64,000 bases of DNA from Saccostrea cucullata (lineage: Eukaryota), in assembly GCF_032062105.1 (NCBI RefSeq), contig NW_026930161.1, forward strand, positions 620,001 through 684,000, read 5' to 3'. The notes under the pieces are model-generated. The model did not search any database. It saw only the letters and a program-made list of their open reading frames with translations, and was not told where the DNA came from. Each line of letters starts with the position of its first letter. Position 1 is the stretch's first letter. Made by a program: the position numbers and the translations under genes. Positions 30,541 to 40,300 of the stretch are shown here, one piece after another.

Positions 30541-33361
30541 CGGCCTGCCTAATTGAAGACCTACAGGTAAATGAAGACCTACGGAAGACCTACGGAAGAC
30601 CTACGCAAATGCACTCGGAGTTCCTCGGATGACTCGTACCTCGCACATAACCTCGGACGTCAACGGTGATCTACCATCTTGCTGATTCAGTCATGTGATC
30701 TTATTTGAATTTCTTTCAAATGTCATACATTTGAAATCGGAGTTATTTTGTGGCACACTCAACAGTTTTTTCTTGCTTTCAAAGCTTACTTACATGAGTT
30801 TGTAATCAAACCTGTTTACGATAAATAATTCCACAAATTAAGAAACATTTTCAAAGAACGTTATGCAGAGCGAAATATGAAATGAGTGATAAGGCAGTTT
30901 CCGGCGGAGAAATGTAAGGATCTGATGCGTATTCCTCCACCAATCACATCCGAGGTTTGAATGGAGCGGAGCGGAGTCAGCCGAGGATTGCCGATTGACG
31001 CAAATGTGTATTATATACATGAAATCTGATATGATAATCTTATTCAGCATGTCTTAAATATCAAATATATCAAAAAAAAAATTTATAAAAATACGTTTTA
31101 AACAGTGTTTTTGGAGCTCGGTATGAGGAACTATTTTTTCTCCCAAACGAACTATCGCAAGAACGATAACTCGCGTCGACTTGTAAACAAGAGACCACAG
31201 CGATGTTATAACCCAGTATATTTACATTGAATTGACATTGGAATTTTAATGAAAATTATTTCAAATATTATTCAACATTATTTCATATATTTAAATGTAT
31301 AAGAGTGCATTTATAATTATATATATTTTATTTTTTCTGATTATTAACAAAAAAAAATTTTTTTTAAATATATAAACAATTTTTAACATTTTATTACTTT
31401 ATGTGTATAAAGTTTTTTTTTAATTGTTAAAATTATTATTTTTTATAACTGGATTATCACTTTGAAGGATTATTGGATTAAATATCACAATACCAACAAA
31501 CACCAAGAGATATTGGAGGATGTCCATGTTTTGATAACAATTAACACAAGACCCACTCAGCCTGTGTGTGTTTATTTAGAGTCAACAGTGGTTTCTTAAA
31601 TACAATACCAATGTTTCATTCTGCTTGGCTAGCAATGACAAATGAGCAACGCACCAAATTTTTAGTTAAATTTTTTAAATACCAAAACCAGTCAAAACTT
31701 CAAACTTCAGGCGATGCTCTTTTGACAATTCCAACCACCAACCGTATCGCCAAAAAACCTGGTCAAATCAAAAGAGTAAGAACAGCAAAAACTTTAACCA
31801 TTCCTAATAAGAAACCAAAGTACCCAGGGGGAGACTGCTAGGTTAGGTAGGATTTCAGATGAGGAACAGATATAGATATGCAAACCAGTTATTAATTTTT
31901 TTTTTGATTTTATAATTTTTTTTTTGATCATTTCTGGCCTTCTTACCTCCTCCGCTTGACGGTTGTGCAGGTAGATGTGTTAGTTTAAATGACAATTATT
32001 TCTAACCATCTGAATCTCCTCCGCTTGACGGCTGTGTAGAGAGATGTGTTAGCTCTTTTTCCTTTTTCATATGTTGTACATAGGCATGCCAAAATATATA
32101 TGTTAAATTATTATTTAAGAAAAAAATTCAAAAAAAAAAAACAAAAACAAAAAAAAAAATAAATAAAAGGATCCTGTAAAGAACCACGTCCACGTCGTAG
32201 GATCTGGAAACATAGTTATGAATTCAAGAAATATAAAAATTAATAAAAATTAATCAGAAATGGAGAAATATTGAGTTCACAACTATGGCTAAGAGTTCTT
32301 TTATTTACAATATATTACAGTAATGTAATTCATTTTTAATTTAATTTAAAAAATTATTACTATCAATTCATAAATTATAATTTTCTACAATTAGTGCTCT
32401 ATTTTTATTTTTTTTTATTATAATATATTCAAGAAAAAAAATTCATCTTCTATGAAAAAAACAAAAACAAATAGGAAATATTCTTTGGCTGATTTTGTAC
32501 ATTGACACTTCAACAAGAGTTGTCTTTCTTGCGCTAGTTCGTTTGGGAGAAAAAATAGTTCCTCATACCGAGCTCCAAAAACACTGTTTAAAACGTATTT
32601 TTATGTAATATTTTTAGATATATTTTATATTTAAGACATGCTGAATAAGATTATCATATCAGATTTCATATATATATCCCCAATTTTTGTAGGTCTTCCG
32701 TAGGTCTTCCGTAGGTCTTCATTACCGTCTTCCTTGGAAGACGGTATTGTATAGTTGAAGTTTTTTACAGTCTTCGGACTATGCACTTCCTCTCTTTTGT
32801 GATTGGTAGAAATTGCATGATGAGAAAATTTTCAATTATTTCATTGGTTGAAATGCTGTTCACGGCAAGGGAGATAACTTTCTGATGATCTATTTTTCGT
32901 ACGACTTAACAATTTTGCAAGATTTCCAATCTTAAAAAAATGACAAAACGAACAACAAAATCAGCAGTAATTATTTCTCAATAGCATGATATTTTTTATA
33001 GCAATAAATAAAAAGGTCTTTTTAATTTCATTATAAATAAAATTTGATAGTTATTGCTTGCAAGTTTTACAATTTGTTATCATTCATTTTCCCATTCTTG
33101 TTTGAAGAGTGAATGGGAATCAGCCGAGGTTTGACGAAAGCTCTCGGCCAGTCAAAGTTTACGGAGATGACCGAGCGACAACCGTGGTAGGGCTAATGCC
33201 CGTAAAAAGCTAATTTAGAAATACAAAATCAAGAAATTCAAAAGAATTATACGGCCTGTTAAGTATAGATCTGTTTACTGCTTTAAAATTGTTGCTAAAG
33301 ACGGTAAGCTTTTTTGAAAAGCTCTACTTGTTTACCTGTAGGTCTTCAAATAGGCATTCCC
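30541..33361. mobile_element. Non-autonomous TIR DNA transposon (Mutator/hAT-like) with 8-bp TSD
   Basis: TIR core TGCCTAATTGAAGACCTACAGGTAAA (30546-30571) vs TTTACCTGTAGGTCTTCAAATAGGCA (33331-33356), 1 mismatch; exact TSD CTAAAATG at 30533-30540 and 33362-33369; subterminal 11-bp GAAGACCTACG repeats mirrored at 32689-32721; ~150-bp inner inverted repeats ~31010-31162 and ~32527-32676. Confidence 0.85.
32723..33331. mobile_element. Helentron-associated (HINE-like) element nested in the right arm of the 30541-33361 element
   Basis: Begins with hairpin TACCGTCTTCCTTGGAAGACGGTA; ends AAGACGGTAAG, hairpin AGCTTTTTTGAAAAGCT, CTACTTGT. Removing it restores CTTCATTTACC, the mirror of the left arm. 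Inserted in a T-run without a TSD. Confidence 0.7.
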
Positions 33362-33396
33362 CTAAAATGTCATTTTCGCTGTAAAGAAATTTAAAA

Positions 33397-36121
33397 ATGC
33401 AGACATTTCGGACTCTGAACTTGCTTCGGAAGACTAGTCACACCATTTCACGTCTTTGTCCAGCAAGGTATGTTTCTGCAATCATAATATACAGCGTCAT
33501 CGTTGGTAATTTATAAAATTACGCCTCAGTAGAGTTGAAAAAAAAACCCAGATGATGTAACCAAGTGTTATGTAAAAAGCTATACCTTACAAGCTCCCAC
33601 AACAACAAAATGAAGTCATCAGAAACTTTTTATAGCTCTCATAAATGATCAAATTTCAGTCAAAAGACATGGTGTGATAAAAGAGCTTTCCATCTTGGAA
33701 TGAAAAAGATGACAAATGATGCAGAGATGATAAAACTCAGTGATTCGTGTGTAAAGGTATTAATATGTAAGACAGTGTGACTGTAAGTGAGGGCAGAACC
33801 ATCAAAATAGCTTTTCCTATTTCATTGTTTAAAAACTTTAATGATTAATCCCTGATAAATCAGTCATTCTGAAGGTATTATCAACAGGTTGGGACCACTC
33901 GCCCAAATGGGATATAATAGTCCGTTTGGGATATAATATCCCAAATGGGCTATAAATTTACAGTGCAAAAAATGAAAATTTTTATTTTGGCTATAAATAT
34001 CATAAATCCGCATCAGGACACTTATAAAGGAATAAACTTTTGTTTGACAAGTTTTTCTGCATGTCCATTGTTTAGGAGATTGATCCCTCAGAAGTTCCAT
34101 AACTTCTTGGGGATCAATCTTACAAACTGTAGGGTTGCAGAAAAACTTGCTTACCAAAAGTTATTCCTTTTTAAGTGTCCTGATGCGGATTTATGATATT
34201 TATAGCCAAAATAAAAATTTTAAATTTTTGCACTGTAAATTTATAGCCCATTTGGGATATTATATCCCAAACGGACTATTATATCCCATTTGGGTGAGTG
34301 GTCCCAACCTGATCAATGGTATTGTAATGGTTTGGGCCGTGGATATCGGTGTGGATAGCTCAGTTGGTAGAGCACCTGACTAGAGATGCAGGGGTCCCGG
34401 GTTCATTTCGTCTTTCGCCTTTCCTGTTACAGATTTGGGGCCATTGACCACCCCTGGAATTGCAGGTGAAAGTCCTGCCAGGGGATAATAGAACTTGGGT
34501 TGTGTCTTCCAGGGTGAAGACCATTAATGGAGGGAGGAATGTTATGGTTTGGGCTGTGGATAGCTCAGTTGGTAGAGCACCTGACTGGAGATGCAGGGGT
34601 CCTGGGTTCCATTCCTGGTCCAGCCATACATTTTCTCCTTTCCTGTTACAGTATCACAGAGAGTCTTGGACCTGATATCATTTTAAACCTTTTATATATG
34701 TAATAGCAAAGAAGAAAAAAGGGATCCCTGCATGACACTAGTCAAGTGCTCAACTAACTGAGCTACTCAGGCTGATATCCACAGACAAAATCATTAAATT
34801 CCTCCTTCCTTATATTGTTTTCACTATTGAAGACACAACACAAGTTCTTATTGGCCAAGACACGACTTTCTCCTGCAACTCCAGGAATGGTCAACCACAC
34901 CAAATTTGTACCAAGGAAAGGAAAATTAATGAAATGGTCATGGACCAGACCAGGATTTGAACTGGGCTCCCTGAATCTTAATTGAGATGGTCTACCAACT
35001 GGCCTCTATAGCAAACGATGATCAAACCTGTTTGACCACCACATAAACATGTACTGATTCCAGAACTTTTATCCTTTATTTAGAGATTGAAAGAGATTGC
35101 TGATGAGAACTCTTACTTGAGAGTACTAGTGGATGGTGGGGGCTGCTCAGGATTTCAGTACAAATTTGATATCGAATCAAAAATCCATGATAATGACAAG
35201 TAAGTTGCTACTGTGCACTAGTATTATACTGCTGTCAAAATAGAACTTTTTGACTTTCTTTCAAATGACATAATCATATTTTCAAAAAAATTGCAAATTT
35301 TCTAAGTCCAAGGAGCATAGCTCCGTCCAGAATGGCTCGATCATATCTAAAACTGCACTTGACCTAGATATTCATATGATAAATCTGTATACCAAATTTC
35401 ATTTTAATATGTGCAACCTCTGCAAAGAAAATGCACAGAAACTGCTAAAAATTGGAAATTTTTTAAGTCCAAGGGGCATAACTCTGTCCAAAATGGATCG
35501 ATCGTACCCAAAACATTAGTTGATATTCTTATGATAAATCTGTATACCAAATTTCATTTAAGTATGTGCAACCACTGTCAAGTAAATAAATGGAAACTTG
35601 GTGGACTGGCAGACAGACAGCAGCAAAGCAATATGCTCTCCCTTCTTTGAAAGGGGGGGGGATAAATATCAGCACATAAATTCAATGTAATTATGAAAAC
35701 AATGAAAATTAAACCCCAGGGAAACAGTGATTTCACAGAATTCAAAGAATGTTATTAGTATATTTTAAAAGGATTAGAAACATTTCACAAAAGGCACCAA
35801 GTTCACTAAGCCCTTATTTCCTGACAATTGAAAAAGACCTGGGGCGCTTATGGGGGTAGGGGCGGTTAATAGGGATTATAAGGTTACTGTACGTGTACAT
35901 AATTTGGCATATTCATTCATTTGGATCATTCTTTGATCTTTGTTTTCAGAGTTTATGAAAAAGATGGTGTTAAAATTGCCATTGATAAAGACTCTTTGGA
36001 ATTTCTGAAAGGATCTACCATTGACTATCATGAAGAACTCATTCGGAGTGCATTTAGAGTTATCAATAATCCCCAAGCTGAACAGGGATGTTCTTGTGGT
36101 GTTTCATTTTCAATCAAGTGA
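33397..36121 (+). CDS. ISCA2: Iron-sulfur cluster assembly 2 homolog, mitochondrial, 151 aa
   Basis: Exons 33397-33467, 33660-33756, 35084-35199, 35950-36121, phase-consistent. Arg/Ser/Thr-rich N-terminal presequence; [54 protein letters not shown] contain the three conserved Cys of A-type carriers. Confidence 0.94.
33885..34311. mobile_element. 427-bp foldback MITE (near-perfect palindrome) with 5-bp TSD
   Basis: CAGGTTGGGACCACTC...GAGTGGTCCCAACCTG; arms pair along almost the whole length to a loop near 34100; ATCAA at 33880-33884 and 34312-34316. Explains the mirror-image ORFs 33864..34157(-) and 34135..34383(+). Confidence 0.88.
34323..34650 (+). mobile_element. Terminal-repeat retrotransposon in miniature (TRIM) with tRNA-derived LTRs (Helenus-like)
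   Basis: LTR1 34323-34431 (TGTAA..TTACA) and LTR2 34540-34650 (TGTTA..TTACA); PBS-like TGGGGCCATTGACC from 34436; PPT GGAGGGAGGAA 34529-34539; 4-bp TSD GTAT at 34319-34322 and 34651-34654. Each LTR carries A box TAGCTCAGTTGG and a GGTTC B-box-like sequence. Confidence 0.85.
34699..35030 (-). mobile_element. Degenerate second copy of the tRNA-LTR TRIM, inverted
   Basis: Reverse complements of the A-box region (GTGCTCAACTAACTGAGCTA ~34746-34765; TCTACCAACTG ~34991-35001), PPT (TTCCTCCTTCC ~34799-34809), internal GAAGACACAAC, and PBS (GGTCAACCACACCA ~34889-34902). Confidence 0.7.
35290..35666 (+). mobile_element. Truncated HINE of the 26720 family in ISCA2 intron 3
   Basis: Two AAGTCCAAGG..CATAACTCTGTC units, GACAG tail, hairpin CTCCCTTCTTTGAAAGGGGG. 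Confidence 0.75.
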
Positions 36122-37389
36122 AGAAAACAAATCAACAGTCTCCAGAAAAAAGATTGCAATTTTCAATTGTATGTAGACAAATATACATGTAGATACACTT
36201 TATTTATTGAAATAATATTCTACTTTTAGGAGAAATTGAATTCCTAAGGTATTTGTGGATAAATAACAGGGTCTTCTTGTCCAAAGAAGAAAAAGAATCA
36301 CAGGAGAAACTTACTGGTACATGTACTTTCTCTTGGTATCTTTACTAGAAGGCTTGAATCTGTGATTAAAAAAAAAACTTGGATGAGGTTCCCTTATTTA
36401 GAATGTAAAAATGATATGCTTTATTTCTTGCATGAATGATAGAATTTTCAGTTTGAAAGATGTATATGAGAATGTTCATGATTTGCTTGTTTTGTTTCAA
36501 ATAAAAAATTAATATGGTCCTTATTTTGGAGTTTATATTACCAAAATAATCTAGCTTTTCCTCCATAGGTAATTCACCTAGTACCAGGAATAACATTTCT
36601 AGAATACTAGTAGTTCAAATTCAAAATAACAGGAAGACTAATATGTTTAGTTACCAAAACAACAAATACAACAGATAGAAAGGCATTAATTAATGGTCAC
36701 CTTAAAATATAATACAATGAATCCAAAAAAGTTAAAAATAATACAAAGTCTGATTATTGCCCCATAGAAATACAATGATCAGGGCAGTAAGTTCAATACT
36801 CAATCATTCAGTAAATCATATTTACTTGCCTTTACTTGGCAGTATCAATACCCTTCCATCTGACATAATGCTCACACAGATTTAGTGATTAAATATCATA
36901 AATGGATAAAAAAGGAGGATAAATTCTTAGCAGAATACAAAATTTCCTCACAAGCTAAATGAGCTTTGACATGACAGTTAACCCTGTCCTCCAGAATTTC
37001 ACAAATCTGTTTTAAAAAAATTCCCCTTCTCATTACCACCTTGCTTTTTGTTTGTCTTGTTTGCATTCAAGATACATGTACTCAGGAGCAGTGGAGAACA
37101 TTTTCAAAGCATTTTAAAATGCATTAGTATTGGGAGGGGGATTGAGAAAATTTTCACTACTGTAAAATTATTTCAATTGTAGAGGTCAATATGTGTTGGC
37201 ATGTAAAATTTTGTTGGTTTGTGGAGATATTTTATTGGTAGCTCATACATATATACAGAAGATACATTTGCATCAAAAGTTATTATCTCTAAACTGAACA
37301 CCAATCCTTCTGTGGTCCTATTTTAAATGCAACACATAGAATGAAAAAGTTAACAAATCATCAAAGCATGTATTTATTGAACTGTCAAT

Positions 37390-40300
37390 CTAGACAAAAC
37401 AGAATGAATTATTGAGGAATCTGGTTAGAGTCACTGGTGTCTTCTTATCCTATATAAAAAAAAAAAAATTACTTAGTATCTTAAAAGCAAACATTTGTAT
37501 AACACGTTCTACATTACATAGATACATGTACATGAAGTTTTTATGAAACTTTGGATCCCACTAAAATTTTATGAAACTTTGGATCCCACTAAAATTTTAT
37601 GAAAATTTGGATCTCACTAAAATTGTATTAATCCTCAAATGTAATTTTCATGCATATGAATTTTTAGAATTTAACAACAGTGTACCTCAGGCACACTGTA
37701 TATGGCAATGTTTACAAACTAGTAATTAATTCAACTTCAAGTCGGTAAAAGGGCTTTAAAGCTCATGTTTTTTGTTATATGTACAGTGTTCATAGTCTGG
37801 TTATAAATGAAATTTACGATAATTACTTTTAACAAAACTGTAAACAGTGAGCTTACCATTGTTATTTGGTTGTATCTGTCACTCAGTTGAGATATGGCAT
37901 CAGCACTTAAACAGACTGGTTTTTGCTCCAATATCAGGTGAACCTTAAGTAGTAATTCAACTGTAGTTCTAAAGTTAGCAGGCTCACAGAGGTCACTGAT
38001 AACTGACGTATCTAAAGAAAAAAAAAATTATGATAAGTCACAATACCATCTAAGTATTTATATACCATTCTTTTTAGAAATGAAAATTAAAGTGTAAATG
38101 TAAATCAAGAACATTTGGTGCAATCTTCAGTTTGCACTCTCATATTTTATGTTAATAATACTTAGCAAAGTAATATTAACATTAATTAACACACTAAATG
38201 CCATGTCAATGATAAATATACTAACACATGTCTGAATCTTAATAATATATGTAAAAAAAATCTGTATCTTGAATAAGGAAACTGATAATGCAAAAGGTAT
38301 ATAGGCTCAGATCTACAGATTAAATATTTTTGCAATATACACAAAATGAATTATCAAACAAGGGCACTGCAAAAGATCTCACAAAGAACATATCTAAAAA
38401 TCAAGGCAGCGTTCAACATCTTTCCTGATGCAAATTACATCACTTCCATTTCACACAAAGGACAAACTAACTAACCCACCTACACACACAAACACACAAA
38501 GGATTCAAAGATGTTTTTATATCCTTTTCATATCTGATGGGAGGGGATAATAGTTGTCTCTCATAACAAATACAAACATACCTAGTATTTTAAGATGTTC
38601 CTGAACAAATTTAAGGTCCTGTATCAAGTCCTGAACTTGGATCTCCTCTGGTGTAAAGGAATGTGTTACATCATTGGTGTTGCTCAATGCCAACATTATC
38701 TGAATGAGAAAAATAACATTTCAGTGCCTGAAGTATAAGTAATAGGTAGTTACAAAAAGAGAAATAAATTTCTACACCTATACCTGTAACATTTGGTATA
38801 AATGAGCGGAACTGAAGATGGCCTCTGAGAAGAAACTGTTGTCCTCTGCTTCATACAACTGTTTACTAAAATCAGATGGCAAAATAAAGCATTGAATTAT
38901 AACTGCAGAATCATTTAATTCATGGGGCGTCAATGTTTGTGACCAACGAAAATTTTACTGGTTTGTGGGGACACACATGTAATTTCATGGATGATTCAAT
39001 GAAACAATATATTGACAAAGTTATTGTTTGTGGGAATGTAAATTCACAGGTAAAAGTGACCCACAAACTTTCTTCTTCAAGGGACAATAATGATTATAGT
39101 GATTAAATTTGAATTTTTTTTTTACATTTAAAAAGAATTATCAATCATCACAGTAAATATAACCCTATAATAACTATATACTATAGATTCCAAGCCATGG
39201 AGAATATTTGAAATGGTAAGGAAGGATATTTGATAACTCTCTCTCTTTTTTTGTTTTGTCATTTCAGTGGATTAAATTTGATATGTACATTTTTGAGTTA
39301 TCAAATTTGATATTTCAACAAATACAAAATTGAATAACCATGTGAAAGATTAGGCTTATTTTTCAGGATTCTAAACTTCTTATCTTATTTATGGGCTGGT
39401 TTTCCTAAGAGTGCCATACTTTACCTTTTACAAGATTTCAAAAATATCTGCTGAACACTGTTTGGATGATACAGCTTTTGAAAGATCTCTTTTACAACTA
39501 ATGTTGACCACCAGAAATGCCCACTGAAGTAACTTATCCATTCCTGTAAGTATAAAAATTCTGATAATTTTGAGTGTGATGAATGCAACATTAACATAAT
39601 ATATTTACATGTAATTCAAAGCTGAATTGAATCTACCCTACCAATCTGATCAGGGATGGACTCAATGTGTCCTTCAAATATTTAAAGCTGTATATACATG
39701 AATTTAATAAAACTTTTAATGTACAAGTAAGAGTAATTTACACTTTGTGGTTTTCATATCAGAGTAATCCAAATGAGTTTGATTTTGATAAAATTAACTC
39801 TAACTTGCCTGTAAGCATGTATTGCACTGCAAAGATCCATACTGCAAAAGATAACAAATTGAATATATTTGAAGTTTTCATAATAGATCTCCATCTGATA
39901 GAAAATTTATACAGATCATAATTTATACTAGTAAATCATCTTTACAGTACCTCATTAAATTCCTGAGAGAGTGAGGCGATGAATTTAGTAGCATGTCCCC
40001 TGACATCAGGATCGTCATCTTGTACAAGATTCCAGACAAAGAAAAACAACCTTAATGTAAAGAAAAATAAATAATTATCACTTAGCAGCAGCAGAAACAG
40101 TCTAAGTGTTCTGTTACAATTTCTTAAGTGATATTTTTTAAGTCCAATTATCCATGGGAAAAAATTAAAGATCTAAATAATTTTGAATAATGCTTGAGAA
40201 ATGACCCAACCAATTGACAAGATGTACTTTAATTCCACTATAAAGTTTATATATATCCAAAATATTATGATTTCCAAATTAACGGTAACTGTGGCCCTGC

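Noticed and set aside
30553-30604. Short regularly repeated GAAGACCTAC units (CRISPR-like at a glance)
   Set aside because: 11-bp head-to-tail repeats without spacers, mirrored at the other transposon end; eukaryotic context with no cas genes.
33864-34383. Pair of near-identical ORFs on opposite strands
   Set aside because: Artefact of the foldback palindrome.
34349-34628. Two tRNA-Ser-like genes (AGA/GGA anticodons)
   Set aside because: Stems are broken, there is no long Ser variable arm, the anticodons differ, and both sit inside TG..CA LTRs bounded by a TSD, so they are parts of a TRIM.
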